From positions 11,470,001 through 11,534,000 of the forward strand of contig OX597839.1 in assembly GCA_951406725.2 (NCBI GenBank): DNA of 64,000 nt, written 5' to 3'. The translations under genes and the position numbers were made by a program. The notes below the pieces were generated by a model. The model had not been told where the DNA came from and made no database searches. It worked only from the letters and a program-made list of their open reading frames with translations. The DNA is from Octopus vulgaris (lineage: Eukaryota). This document shows positions 13,591 to 27,674 of the stretch, one piece after another. The number at the start of each line of letters is the position of its first letter. Position 1 is the stretch's first letter.

Positions 13591-14189
13591 AACTGCATCG
13601 TGACTGCTCAACTTGGGTCCAATGTAACAGTTGAAACGCCTTCAACAACTGCCCTATTTTGTTTCGTGAGCTGATCGTGACACGGGAGTCCTAAAGCTTT
13701 CACATCAGCATGCCTCCACAGTATATTGCGCGCAGAAGTTCCAAGAACTCTGCCTCCTTCCTAACACCCCACCCTCAGATAAGGCAGGGTGCGGAGGTGG
13801 TGGCACTGCTCAACTCGCCCCCCACTATTGAACAAATGACCACCGTGGAACATCTTGTCTCCAGGGTGGATAGGAAAAATGGGCAGGTAGGTAGGTAAGT
13901 AGGTAGGTTAGGTGGAAGTATATAACCAGTAGCCAACAACCAGGCAAATACCCATTAACTCTGCTATCATTAACAGCAATTATACAATCACTACAACAAC
14001 AAAACAAAATACGAGGCAATAACAAAGCACATGCAACTAAAACCAACAAAAATAAACGAGAAACAATGAAAGCTACAAAGCAATCACAATTAATTTCAAG
14101 TCAAAACTTAACAAAGAACAAAGACTAATATAGCATTTAGAGCCCCAGTATTTATGTCAACAGCTGTGTTGAACAGCTTGTAGGGGAGA

Positions 14190-14620
14190 GGGTGGCGGCG
14201 GTGGTGGTGGTGGAGGAGACGTAACTTGATGTTATAGCTACGGTGGTGGAGGTGGTGGAGATGGAGATGGATCGTGTAGCGGTGATGGAGGAAATGTAAC
14301 TGGGTGGTGATGTTATAGTGGTGGTGGAGATGTAACTGGGCGATGCTGGTGTTAGTGGTGGAAATGTTATAAACGAGGTGATGCGGTGGTTGTGGTGGTG
14401 GTGATGGTGGTGGTGGTGGTGGTGGTGGTGGTGGTGGCGCTAGCGGGAGATGTAACTGGGTATGTGATGATGATGTTGATAGTTGTGACGGCGGCGGCGG
14501 TGGAGGAGGCGATGTAACTATGTGGTGGTGGTGGTGGTGGTGGTGGTGGCAGCGGTAGAGTTGTGAGTGTGTGTGATAGTGATGGTTGGGGGCAGGAGGT
14601 GTAAATTGTGGTTGGTGAAG
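14190..14620. repeat. (GGT)n-rich low-complexity tract with recurring GATGTAACTGG
   Basis: Read directly. Confidence 0.75.
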
Positions 14621-14984
14621 AAGTGGTCGGGGGGGGGGGGGTCGATCTGTGGTGAGGGTTGGTGGTAGGGTATAGAATCTGTGGTGATAGTGGCGATGTT
14701 GGGAGGCGGGGGGGGGGGGGCAGTGTGTGTGTGTGTGTGTGTGGATGATAGACTGGGTGGTAAGGTTTGGTAAGGGGGAGAAAGTGCTGGCCTGCTTGTT
14801 TCACAGAGAGAAAATAATAGCTTGAGACTTCGCTGACATTTGGCTTGATTTAACAGGCATCTAAGCATTAAAATGAGAGGTGTAGCTGTCAACCTTCCTT
14901 CACCTCTCACCCCCTCCACTCTCTCTCTCTCTCTCTCTCAACTGAACAATAAAAAAAACAGCAAATAAAAAGACAAAAACTACA

Positions 14985-15202
14985 AATAATAATAACAATA
15001 ATAATAATAATAACAATAATAACAATAATGACAACAATAATAACAACAATAATAATAATAACAACAATAATAATAATAATAATGACAACAATAATAATAA
15101 TAATAACAATAATAATAATAATAACAATAATAACAACAATAATAATAATAATAACAATAACAATAATAATAATAACAATAATAATAATAATAATAATAAT
15201 AA
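14985..15202. repeat. (AAT/AAC)n microsatellite
   Basis: Read directly. Confidence 0.95.
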
Positions 15203-16426
15203 TGGTTTCATAAACAATCAAATAAATAAAGCTCTAGGTTCTGCTTATCGGCTGTGTGTGCATAAAGGGGTGAATGGTGTCTTTAAATAAAACAGCAGAA
15301 CATAATTACAATAACATATACACACACACACACATATATACACGAATGCACGCGCACATGCACACATAAAGGCCTAAAAGAAGAAAAAAAAAAGGCAGTG
15401 AACAGTAGTGAAAAAAAAAAACCCCTACAAAATCCAATGCTGAAACAACAAACACAAAGCCAACAACTAAGAGAAGGAAGAAAGGATGAATGAGAGGGAC
15501 CCCCCTTTGCCCCCCCCCCCCATACACCGCTCCCTGTTCTTCATGTTAATAACAACTAGAACAAGCTATGAAATTATTGGGTATATGACTCATAAATCTG
15601 GTATGTTTTGTCTGTTTAAAGATTCTACATCTTGAGATGGGGGGGGGGTTCTTCTGTTCTCTCCCTACCCCCCCGCTTCCTTTTTGCAACAACAACAACA
15701 ACAACAATAATGATAATAGTGACAATAAATTAAAAAGGGAAATGAAAAATAAATAAATAAGGCAGTAAGGAAAAATATCTTCCAAACTGGCCCTATCCCC
15801 TCCCCCAGAGGAAAAAAACATCTTTGAACATGCTCACCCCCCACTTACTAACAAATATCCCCACCACCACCACCACCACCGACGCCACCACATTCTTCAC
15901 GGACTTTTATCTTATCAGAAATGGCCTACAATTGCTTGCTGCACATGTGTGTACATATATGTAAGGACACACTCAGGAATCTCCCCCCCCACCCAATAGA
16001 AAAGGGTTTTTTTGTCTGCTAATTGCATGGATAATCTCAATTAACCGATGTTTTTTCAGCTCAGCTATGTTTACATATAGAGTGAGGGCATGTGACCTAG
16101 TGGTTAGGGGGTTGCGTTTGTGACTGCAACACCATCATCAGCATTTAATGCCCATTCTCCATGCTGGCATGGGTTAGACAGCTTGACAGAAACCGGTAAG
16201 GCCAGGAGCCTCACTAGGTTCCCATAATCTGTTTTGGCATGGTTTCTAGAGCTGGATGCCCTTCCTAACAGCAACCGCTTTACAGAGAGGACTGAGTGCT
16301 TTTTACACAGCATCAGTGCTTTTTATGTGGCACCAGCACCCACACCAGTGCTTTTTATGTGGTACCTTGGTTTTAGGATATCAATTCTGTTGTGATGAGT
16401 GAGTATATATATATGCAATATGCAAT

Positions 16427-16522
<96 letters not shown>

Positions 16523-16744
16523 TACGACAGGCTTCTTTCAGTTTCCATCTACCAAATCCACTCACAAGGCTTTGGTCAGCCTAAGGCTATAGTAGAAGAC
16601 ACTTGCTCAAAGTGCCACGCAGTGGGACTGAACCCAGAACCTTGTGGTTGGTAAGCAAGCTACTTACGACACAGCCACTCCTACTCCTTAACCTTGGTAT
16701 CAGTTTCTTTTGATTCTTTTCCCTTAAGTTAAAATAAATATTCT

Positions 16745-17420
16745 ATATCTATGTTGACAGTAATTTTATCAACTATAATCTTTGTGTTGACTGTTGTGTC
16801 ACCTCTAACAATGTTGACAGTAATTTTGTCACCTACTGTATCTGTTGACAGTTGTTGCATCACCTATAACTATATTGACAGTATTTCATGTCACTTCTAA
16901 CAATGTTAATATTTATTTATATCATTCCTAACAATGTTGACAATACTTTTGTCACATATTGCTAATGTGTATGCTGGTGTGTAAGACATGCATTTTTTTT
17001 TTTTATATAAACCAAAATGTTGGCATACATCTAATGTAGCTGTATTACAGATGGAATACCAAGTGTTTAAGTGTATGACGAAACACTAAATTTGATTTCC
17101 CCCCCCCCCCCAAATAACTCTTTTCTCGAAAACAAAATGTAGGAAATTGTCTTATGTGAGAATGTGTCGTGTATACTGGCAAATACAGCTTGTGAACAGT
17201 ACTTAGGTCAGTCACCTCTGATAATGTAGACAGTATTTGTGTCACCTCTATGTTGACATAATTGTGTCACTTATACCTCCAGTGACAATAGATGTGTCAC
17301 CTAAGAATGTTAGTGGTAGCTGTGTCCATTTACATCAATGTTGACAAAGCCGTCATCTGTAACTATTTTGTGAGTGGTTGTGTCACTTCCTCTAAGCTAT
17401 GTTGACAAACAATACTACCT
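16745..17420. repeat. Degenerate ~30-bp tandem repeat (ATGTTGACAGT...TGTCACCTCTA)
   Basis: Recurring GTTGACA and TGTCACC motifs. Confidence 0.6.
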
Positions 17421-17430
17421 CTCTCTCCTC

Positions 17431-17473
<43 letters not shown>

Positions 17474-18034
17474 CCCTCTCCCCCCTCTCTCTCTCTCTCC
17501 AAATATGTTGACAGTAGTTGAATCTCCCTTCGTCACATTTTATCCACACTAATGCTCTCTGCTTCTGGCTGTGATGGAAGACATTCTGAGATTACACCAA
17601 TGGGGTCACACTTGACCCTTGTGTTATATTGTCTCCTGCACAAACACTGGGACAGGGTGTGGCTTGTGTTGATGGAGATGAGTGTTACATGAGGTGATGG
17701 AAAGGGCAGAGAAAGGAAACTGTCTCTTGTCATTTTAATTGACTGTATACATTGTGTGTGTGTGTGTATGCATGTGTGCATATTTGCATATGAATCTATT
17801 TAGGCTTGTGTGTGTGTTTGTGTGTGTATGTATTTATATATATATATATAGGAGGCACTTTGAACTAACTTCGTGTTTACATCTATCTGTCAACAGCAGA
17901 AAATTTCTCCATGACAAAATACAGTGAATGGCTTTTTTTAGGGGTTCAAATATGCCTTAAGCTTTATATGTGTGTGTGTGTGTGTGTGTGCATTTGCATA
18001 TGAATCTCTTTAACTGACATAAGTATGTATCTCT

Positions 18035-18400
18035 AGCTTGCTTACCAACCACGTGGTTCTGGGTTCAGTCCCACTGCGTGGAACCTTGGGCAAGTGTCTT
18101 CTACTATAGCCTTGGGCTGACCAAAGCCTTGTGAATGGATTTGGTTGACGGAAACTGAAAACAGTCCATCGTATATACATATGTATGTATGCATGTATAT
18201 GTTTGTCCCTGCCCCCAACATAACTTGACAACCAGTGCTGGTGTGTTTACATCCCTGTATCTTAGCGGTTCAGCAAGAGAGACCGATAGAATAAGTACTA
18301 GGCTTACAAAGAACAAGTTCTGGGGTCAATTTGATCGACTAAAGGCAGTGCTCCAGCATGGCCACAGTCAAATGACTGAAACAAGTAAAAGAATAAAAGA
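18035..18400 (+). mobile_element. SINE family A
   Basis: Near full-length match. Confidence 0.8.
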
Positions 18401-18414
18401 ATATATATATATAA

Positions 18415-18757
18415 GTGAAGGCGCATGGCTCAATGGTTAGAGTGTCAAGCTTACAATTGCAAGGTTGTGAGTTCGAATCCTGGACTAGGCTGCATGTTGT
18501 GTTCCTGATTGAGCAACACACTATATTACACGTTGCTCCAGTTCACTCAGCTGTAGAAATGAGTTGCGACATCACAGGTGCCAAGCTGTATCGGCCTTTA
18601 CCTTTCCCTTGGATGACACTGGTGGCATGGAGAGGAGAGGCCGGTATGCATGGGTGATTGCTGGTCTTCCATAAAACAACCTTACCCAGACTTGTGACTA
18701 GGAGGGTAACTTTCTAGGTGCAATCCCACGGTCAGTCATGACCGAAGGGGGTCTCAG
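18415..18757 (+). mobile_element. tRNA-derived SINE (head GAAGGCGCATGGCTC)
   Basis: A-box TGGCTCAATGG, B-box GTTCGAATCC; reverse copy at 46612-46960. Confidence 0.8.
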
Positions 18758-19014
18758 CATATATATATAAACACATACTCATATGCGCAGATAAGTATAT
18801 TCGTTAAATTAATAAAGTAAGCTGTGATGTATATTGTTACAGCAGTATCTGTTCATTAACTAGACTCATGTATGTGCATGCACGTGTGTACACATGAACC
18901 ATGCAAAGGTAATTCCAATGTGCTTTCATCAAGTTTAACGAGTCTCTGTTGGTGCCAGAGGAAATGGAGAGGGTCAACGGATATGAGAAATATAATGCTT
19001 GTTGATGATGATGA

Positions 19015-19050
<36 letters not shown>

Positions 19051-20289
19051 GCTCCCTCTTTCCCACCTACCCACACACCTCTCCTCCTGTCTCTCAGAAA
19101 TCCAATATCTCAGACATTTTAACATACAGGAAATATCAATTGAGACTTTCCACTTAAAAATCTTCTAAAAATAATAATAAAAAAAAAGGCTGCCTTTTTT
19201 CTTTTCTTTTTTTTTTGCCAACCTTTTTTTTACTTACTACTACTACTACTACTAAGAAGGTTGCGTGTGTGTGTGTGTGATTTAAAAATACATTTGAAGA
19301 AGGGGAAAAAAAGCACCAGAAACAATTGATGTGAGTGCACGTACATGTGCACACACACACATGCATGCACGTGTGCGCGCACACACACACACACAATCTC
19401 TCACATGCATACACACTCGCTTTCACAAACACCAACACACTCACGCATACACATACACTCACACATTTACACACATTCACACTACACACACTCACCCACA
19501 CATGCATTATTCATATAAACACATTCACACGCATTTACATGACATTTACGCACACATACACACTATTACACATTCACACACACACACACACACACTGTTA
19601 CACATTCACATACATGCCTACACAATATTTTCACGCATACACAGCATTACACATTCACACACATTATTCTCACGCACATACAATTATACATCCACAATAC
19701 ATGCTTACACAATATTCACACTCACACATACAGACACAGACAGACAGACAGACACACACACACATTCAGACACACACACACACGTGCGTGCGCACACACA
19801 CTACCCTCATTCCAAATCACTCTGCAAATTTCTTTTAATTTCTAGCATTCGCTCCTCTCCCCTCCTCTCCACCTTTTCTCCCTCGGCTCTCCTTTCACAA
19901 AACAAAACAATAATAAGAAAATGAACAGAAACGATAAAAACCAAAAAAAAACAAAAAACACCCGACATGGTTATTGTCACACAAGGGCCTCAATAGTGTT
20001 AGTGTTTTGATAACAACTTTAGTTTGTTGGTAAAAGTGTTTCAATTTTCACTATTTGCATAACTTCCAAGGGAAATACATAACATTGTCAGATGTTGTTT
20101 TCATAATACCATAAGCTGACCTCTGTTTTTTTGGTCCTTCAGCGCTTGTTACTAATAACAAACACTGTGCTCTTTCTAAAAAAAGGAAAAGAGTTTGGAA
20201 GAGGCAGGGTGAAGCTTGGGATGGGGTGGGGTTCTTTTATATTATTATTCTGTCTTCAAATGACACAGCATCAAACACTTTTTTCTTGT

Positions 20290-20506
20290 ATTCTATTACT
20301 TGTTTCAGTTATTAGACTGTGGCCATGCTGGGGCACCGCCTCGAATTCCTTTCAGTCGAATGAATCGAATACTTATTTTTTAAAAATCCTGGTACTTATT
20401 CTATCAGTCTGTTTTGCTGAACTGCTAGGTTACAGGGACGCAAGCACACCAACACCGGTTGTCAAGCAGCGATGGGGTGGGTGAACAAACACATACAGAA
20501 AGAAAG

Positions 20507-20548
<42 letters not shown>

Positions 20549-21062
20549 TTATACGACGGGCTTCTTTCAGTTTTCTTCTACCAAATCCACTCACAAGGCT
20601 TTGGTTGGCCCGAGGCTATAGTAGAAGACACTTGCCCAAGGTGCCATGCAGTAAGAATGAACCCGGAAGCATGTTTATTTTTTTTTTTTTACTTGTTCAA
20701 TGATTGGGTTGTGGCCATGCTGGGGCACTGGCCTGAAGGATTTTTAGTTGAATGAGTTCACCCCAGTATTTTTTTTTTCACATCCTGGCACTTATTCTAT
20801 GAGTCCTTTTTGCCAAACCGCTAAGTCTTGACAAACCAGCATCAGCTGGCAAGCAATGACAGAGAGAGGCGCGTGCACACACACACACACACACACACAT
20901 TATACAGCAGGCTCTTTCAGTTTCCATGTAGCAAATTAACTCATAAGATTTTGGCCAGCCTGGGGCTACAGTAGAAGTCACTAGCCTGATGTACCGCACA
21001 GTAGAACTGAACCTGGAACCATGTAGTTGAGAAGCAAACTTCTTTCCGCACAGCCGCGCCTG
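20290..21062 (-). mobile_element. Two adjacent diverged family A SINEs
   Basis: Two tail-to-head sets of family motifs. Confidence 0.7.
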
Positions 21063-21427
21063 CTATGTTTATTAATTGCTCATTTTTTGATACTGTTTAG
21101 TTCATTTATTAATTCTTCATTTAGCTATCAGTCTCTTCATCTCTTTCTCCCAGTAGACAGGAGGAGCCTTAAACCACTTGAGACCAATTCTGGCGCTCTG
21201 ATTGAAAACCTCTAATTATAAAAATGTTCATATTTAAATTTGAAATATTTTAAAAATTGGAACTTTCATAATAATTTCATGAGAGAATGTTTTGTCTCTT
21301 TACATTTCAAGTAACTGCTTCTCATAAGGGAACAAAGCCAGAAATTTGTGTGGGAGGGGTCAGTGAATTATATCAACCCCTGTACATGTCTCGTACATTA
21401 TTTTATCAACCCAGAAGTTGATAAAAT

Positions 21428-21745
21428 AGGTGCAGGGGTGGCTGTGTGGTAAGTATCTGGCTTACCAACCACATGGTTCTGGGTTCAGTCCCACTGTGTG
21501 GCACCTTGGGCAAGTGTCTTCTATTATAGCCTCAGGCCAACCAAGTCCTTGTGAGTGGATTTGGTAGACGGAAACTGAAAAGAAGCCCGTTGTATATATG
21601 TATGTATATATAGGTATGTGTGTGTTTGTGTCTGTGTTTGTCCCCCAACATCGCTTGACAACTGATGCTGGTGTGTTTACGTCCCCGTAACTTAGCTGTT
21701 TGGCAAAAGAGACCGATAGAATAAGTACTAGGCTTACAAAGAATA
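21428..21745 (+). mobile_element. SINE family A (3' truncated)
   Basis: Family motifs. Confidence 0.8.
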
Positions 21746-22184
21746 ATTTGTTCATTAACCTGTAAAAAAAACTAAGCTGTTTTTTCTACTACTTCTTAAT
21801 TTCCACATTTTAGTAGGGGTCATTCTTTTAGCCAATCACTTGCATCATCAGAAGAGTATGACATTACTATATTATGCAGTTGAAGACTAAGATGTCGTCT
21901 ACAGATAAAACAAACCCCTCAAAGAAATCTGTTTGCATAATGCATACGATTCCTTTGGCAAAAAACAATTTTATTTCATTTAATACAAACAGCTGGAAAC
22001 AATTAGTTGATTTCCCAAGAAAGTAGCTGTAATTTGAGTGCAAAGTGAGTGAAATTATCACCAAGACTATGGCAAAGCTGGGAATTAATTTTTATGATGT
22101 GGAATCACTTATTGCAAAGCCACTTGAAGAATCATTGCCCCCCAGACCATTGTGAATATAATTTATATCATTAGGATAACAGAA

Positions 22185-22465
22185 TATGGCCTTGAGATGC
22201 TTTAAAGTTCTCTATGGTTCTCTATGATGTTCCACTAACATGCGGAGTGTACTTGGAAGACTTTCTTGAGAGGATCAATGTCTCAGACTTTGCAGAACCG
22301 ACTCTCATTCCTACCTTGCAGCACTCAGCAGTGAACTCATTCATTACATGCTGGAGATCACCTTCTGATGAGTCAAGAAGCACTGTGTTGCCTGTGAATA
22401 TCAGCCAACCAATCCGACATCCACAGATTGTGATACAGCTTCCACAATGGTTTGCACATATCAAT
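22185..22465 (-). mobile_element. RTE-clade LINE reverse transcriptase remnant (inverted 5' part)
   Basis: LIFTGNTVLLDSSEGDLQHVMNEFTAECCKVGMRVGSAKSETLILSRK resembles the RTE RT region LLFADDVVLLASS..DLQ..L..F..EC...GM.IS..KSE. Confidence 0.75.
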
Positions 22466-22469
22466 TCAC

Positions 22470-23159
22470 TTCATAGAAATTATGAAGAAAAGCGGTGACA
22501 ATTACACACCCCAGCCAAATTCATCAAGCTGAGCCAACTAGCAGGAGACTCTGGAGTAGACCGAAAACAAGATGGTTGGATAATATCCAGTCTCAATTGG
22601 TCATGCTTAGGAATCCATTTGAAAAGTCGGATCTTTTCGGTTTGACCGGCAGTTTTTTCTAGTGGTGTCATATGAAATTGTCACCCATAATTATGACCCT
22701 AGAATCGATCTATTGCATTTCAATCTCTTTTAGGATTACAATTAGGGTTAGGGGTGGAGGCAAGGGTATCTTTGCTTCTTCACAAATGTAAATAAACCCA
22801 ATCTGTTTCTTAAACGAGGGACATATTCATACGGCACAAAATGTTTTTTACCTCAATAGACGTCAGTGATTGGTTGAAATTGCAGAAATTGAAGAAAAAA
22901 ACAACAAATATCTTACAAACTATAGAATTTTCTCAATAAAGCCAAGAGAAAAAGATGTTTTATAAACACATTCTACCTGTATACGAAGTTTAAAAGTGTT
23001 TAGTTACCTAGAAATTATGTTAAAAACTGCCGTTCAAACCGAAAAGATCCGAAAAGTCTAATGACATTTGCTGCTTCTGATAGGAATCTGTGGAGGTGGT
23101 GCCTGAGGACTCTACCCCCATGACTTTCACAAGAATAGTCATCCGGAAAAGATGGATGG
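22470..23159 (+). mobile_element. RTE-clade LINE 3' end, interrupted by MITE copy 3
   Basis: QAEPTSRRLWSRPKTRWLDNI...DRNLWR resembles GRRPRGRPRTRW...DR..W; (GATG)n tail. Confidence 0.7.
22629..23050 (+). mobile_element. ~420-bp MITE copy 3, nested in an RTE LINE
   Basis: Same TIRs; perfect 8-bp TSD gaaaagtc. Confidence 0.9.
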
Positions 23160-23801
23160 AGGATAATAGAAATCTATTCCATTATGTTACTTACCTTTAT
23201 TTTGAAAGCTTAAAGAAAAAATAAGCATAATACATAACACTGTGTTCCAGAACTAACTTTTTTTTTTGTGACGCCCTTCAGTCATGAGAACCACATATAC
23301 AATCTTAGGTGGTTGGTATCAAAAGGATGATGAGGTATGATGATAATAATAATTACTATTATCATTGTTCAACATTTGGTAATTTCAGGCAAATTTGTGC
23401 TCCCATCATCTGCTACACCTCTATGTTGCTGGGGGGGGGGGGGTGCAGCATTGTGTGTTCTTTTTTGTTGTTGGGAGTGTGCAAACTCTTCCCGGTACTG
23501 TATTGCATAGTTTCTTTTTTCATGAGGTGTGGTGCAGTCTTTTGTTGTTTTAGTGTTTGTATTGAGTGTTGTATATGTAATGTGTTGGTTAGCTGACCTG
23601 CTGGTGATAGTTTATTTCATTGGATATTTTGTTGTATAGAGTTTGTCTTGAGCTTGTGAGTTGTCTTGTTTAGGTTGTATTATTGTACTGACAGTGTCTT
23701 GCATAGGATGTGGGCTGGTCCTAGCACGGCTATTTTTGGGATAAAGTGTAGTATTGGGGATCCAGGTATAGCTTCTACATTTTTGTTCATTATTATTTTT
23801 A

Positions 23802-23845
<44 letters not shown>

Positions 23846-24146
23846 CCAGGCTCCTGTGGATTTTATGGGTTTTTGCACGTGAGAACTCTTCTTTTTTTTT
23901 CGAAGCGTCTCCTCTATTGGGAGTTTTTTTCGTTGTTAAAATTTTTGATTGTTACACTGTTTTTTACTCGGTTTTTTCACAAACGGACAAAACCTTTTGT
24001 AACCTTTCGTCCTGTTTTGTCCCTTTATGTTTTCCAATCATGTTTGTCAGCCCTTGTGGCCAATAAAAAGAATTAATTATTATCATTATTATTATTATTA
24101 TTATTATTGTTATTATAATGATGCCATTTTATTCTTTATTTTTCAG

Positions 24147-24461
24147 TCATTCGAGTCTTTCCAGAATACAATGAAAAATTCCATAAACAAAAAGCACCAT
24201 CAGTCCCAGTTAGCTGCCCAGCTTCCCCCTCCAGCCAACCTTGTCTCGCCATCTCTTACCAGTCCTCTGGCACCACGCCCACCATCGCCATTACAACCTC
24301 CACACTGCTTAGCCAATGATATTAGTAACAATGAGAGCCGGTCCATCTCGCCTGTGCCCTGCGCGAGGGACAGGCCCCCAGCAAAACCTTCACAGCAAGT
24401 CAAGAAAAAGGCAGAAACCGTCGTCGATGTACATATAAACGATAATGTGAATAACAGCAAG
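24147..24461 (+). CDS. Coding exon (315 nt, phase 0-0) of an unidentified large gene; Pro/Ser-rich SFESFQNTMKNSINKKHHQSQLAAQLPPP...HINDNVNNSK
   Basis: Pyrimidine tract plus tttcAG acceptor ending 24146; AAG|GTAAGC donor at 24462; open frame; unique, GC-richer than flanks; in-frame ATG at 24171. Confidence 0.62.
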
Positions 24462-24669
24462 GTAAGCTTTACTTTTCTGCTTTTATTTCTTTTGTATTTG
24501 TTGTTTTTTTTTGTATTGGTTTTGGACATTGGACTGCGTGGCTGTCCATGGGCAAGCAAACTTCATGGAGTTTAGTTGATGATGTTGGTTTTAAAATTTG
24601 GCACGAGGCCAGCAAGTTTGGTGGAGTGGGTACGGCAACTACCTCGACCTCGAGTGCTCAACTGGTACT

Positions 24670-24912
24670 GATTTTATTTAATTCTTTATTGCCCACAAGG
24701 GGCTAAACATAGAGGGGACAAACAAGGACAGACAAAGGGACTAAGTTGATTATATCGACTCCAGTGTGTAACTGGTACTTATTTAATCGACCCCGAAAGG
24801 ATGAAAGGCAAAGTTAACCTCGACGGAATTTGAACTCAGAACGTGGCGGCAGACGAAATACCATTAAGCATTTCGCTCGGGTATGCTAACGATTCTACCA
24901 GCTCACCGCCTT
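24670..24912 (-). mobile_element. SINE family C (head AAGGCGGCGAGCTGGCAG; GCCTTTCATCCTTTCGGGGTCGATAA core)
   Basis: About 15 copies or fragments in the window; B-box-like GAGTTCAAATTCC. Confidence 0.8.
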
Positions 24913-25232
24913 TCTTATCATCATCCCTCGTCATCCTTTTGGTACTTATTTTATTGACCGCTGAAAGGTTGCAAGCCAAAGTCAGCCTCTACGGAATTTG
25001 AACGTAAAGACAGATGAAATGTCATTAAGCATTCTCCCCAGCATGCTCAAGGTTGCTCCAGCTTGCCGCCTTAGTTTAGTTAATAATATTGATTTCAAGC
25101 ATTTATTTTTTAGCAATCTCCCAGAAGACTAAAAGGCAAAGTGTGACCCAAGCAGGATTGAAAGTCTGATTGTAAATGGATTTAATCAAATATCACAGAA
25201 AAATTTTCTCTCAGCCCCTTCTTATTAATCAT

Positions 25233-25317
25233 AGTCCTCCAGGGTCCCTAACAGAGGAATCTAAAATTAGATACCCATGGGAGCTCCTCTATGCTGATGA
25301 CCTTGTTCTTATAGCTG
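25233..25317 (+). mobile_element. RTE-like LINE RT fragment with catalytic YADD motif
   Basis: LTEESKIRYPWELLYADDLVLIA. Confidence 0.7.
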
Positions 25318-25656
25318 TGTATACAGATACATTTATTTATATAAAAGTGTGTGTGTGTCTCCTTATCTAGATAATGTAAAAGATGAAGAGGATCAAAATT
25401 TTTCCTGACTCATATTGACTCCCTAGGGCCAGTTTCCTTTCTATGTAGTGTATATATTAATCCCCTGGATAGGATGCCAGTCCATAGCAAGATTACTCAT
25501 TTTTACTAGCTGCGTGAACTGAAGCAACATGAAACAAAGTGTTTTGCTTAAGAGCACAATGCATTGCCCTTTCCAGGAGTCAAAACCACAATCTTACAAC
25601 CATGAGTTCAGTACCCTAACCCCTAAGCTATGGGCCTCTGCTCTTGATGTTTTGCA

Positions 25657-26008
25657 ATGGTTCCGGGTTCGATCCCACTGCATGGTACCTTGAGCAAGTG
25701 TCTTCTACTATAGCCTCGGGCCGACTAAAGCTTTGTGAGTGGATTTGGTAGACGGAAACTGAAAAAAGCCCGTCGTATATGTATATATATGTGTGTGTGT
25801 TTGTGTGTCTGTGGTTGTTCCCCCAACATTACTTGACAACCGATGCTGGTGTGTTTACGTCCTTGTAACTTAGCGGTTCGGCAAAAGAGACCAATAGAAT
25901 AAGTACCAGGCTTACAAAGGATAAATCCTGGGGTTGATTTGTTCGCCTAAAGGTGGTGCTCCAGCATGGCCACAGTCAAATGACTGAAACAAGTAAAAGA
26001 GTAAAAGA
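25657..26008 (+). mobile_element. SINE family A
   Basis: Family motifs and tail. Confidence 0.8.
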
Positions 26009-26454
26009 ATGGTCGTAAATGATTGTCATTCGTTTCTCACCTTCTGTGGAAAGAAACATGTCTGACTCTAGGGGAATATTACTTTGCTTGGACCCCATTG
26101 AAGGTTGGTGATAAGAAGGGCATCCAGCCATAGAAAGTAAGTCTATGAATTCTGTAACCAATGCAAGGATGGAAAATGGACATTAAAATGATGATGGTGA
26201 TATATATTTGTGTTATGTCCACCTTAGCATTACTTTTGAGATATTCATGAGCTGTGCAAGTCCAGAGACCCCTGCTTGCCACCATTCCTGGCAGACAACC
26301 AATCCTCTGACCTGCAGCAGAACCTTCCGAGCACGTATCAACCTCATCAGCCACAGCCAGATGCTCCGTGACCCATCTTCTTGTCCCATGTGATGTTCTT
26401 GGTCATTAACGACAACAATGGATGAACATTATTATTATTATTATTATTATTATT

Positions 26455-26665
26455 AAGGCGGCGAGCTGGCAGAAGCATTAGCACGCCAGGCGAAATGCAT
26501 AGCCGTATTTTGTCTGCAGTTACATTCTGAGTTCAAATTCTGCCGAGGTCAACTTTGCTTTCGGGGTCGATAAATTAAGTACCAGTTATGCACTGGGGTC
26601 GATATAATCAACTTAATCTGTTTGTCTGTCCTTGTTTGTCCTCTCTGTGTTTAGCCCCTTGCGGG
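26455..26665 (+). mobile_element. SINE family C
   Basis: Family motifs; starts in (ATT)n. Confidence 0.8.
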
Positions 26666-26666
26666 T

Positions 26667-27022
26667 AGGAGTGGCTGTGTGGTAAGTAGCTTGCTTACCA
26701 ACCACATGGTTCCGGGTTCATTCCCACAGTGTGACACCTTGGGCAAGTGTCTCCTACTATAGCCTCGAGCCGACCAAAGCCTTGTGAGTGGATTTGGTAG
26801 ACGGAAACTGAAAGAAGCCCGTCGTATATATGTATATATATGTGTGTGTGTCTGTGTTTGTCCCCCTAGCATTGCTTGACAACCGATCCTGGTGTGTTTA
26901 CGTCCCTGTCACTTAGCGGTTCGGCAAAGGAGACCGATAGAATAAGTAGTGGGCTTACAAAGAATAAGTCCGGGGGTCGAGTTGCTCGACTAAATGTGGT
27001 GCTCCAGCATGACCACAGTCAA
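26667..27022 (+). mobile_element. SINE family A
   Basis: Family motifs. Confidence 0.8.
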
Positions 27023-27629
27023 AGGAGCTGGTAACAATTATTATTATTATTATTATTATCATTATTATATGGCAGCAAATTTGGTAGAATCGTTAGCACA
27101 TTGGGTGAAATGCTTAGCAGTATTTTGTCTGTCTCCATGTTCTGGGTTCAAATGCCATCAGGGTTGACTTTGCCTTTCATCCTTTGGGGGGAGGGGGGTC
27201 GATAAAATAAGTACCAGTTGAGCACTGGGGTCAATGCAACTGACTATGCCCCTCCCCCAAATTTCAGGCCTTGTGCCTATAGCAGAAAGGATTATTGTTG
27301 TCATCATCATCATCATCATCATCATATGTAACCATGGTATCTGCATCTCATGATGAAGCTTAAAATGAGCGTCTACTAAACGACCACTCCACACACTCAT
27401 AAGTTTACTTTACATATCTCTCTTTCTCTCTCTCTGTCTCTGCTTCTCTCTATTGTTTTCTATACATACACATGCAACACACACACACATACATGTGTAT
27501 TATGTGTGTGTAAAACACTATTAAAACCGTATACATGTGTATATCATAAACAAAGATTGAAATAACAAATACTCAACTCCCTGATGGAAATCACACCATA
27601 CATCTGTTGTGAAGTGGGCAAGCTTTGGC

Positions 27630-27674
<45 letters not shown>

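Noticed and set aside
14367-15221. Poly-Leu/Ile and Pro/Thr-rich ORFs
   Set aside because: (AAT)n and (GGT)n microsatellites with no splice or codon support
24200-24559. Minus-strand 119-aa ORF
   Set aside because: Antisense shadow of the + strand exon, which has the splice signals
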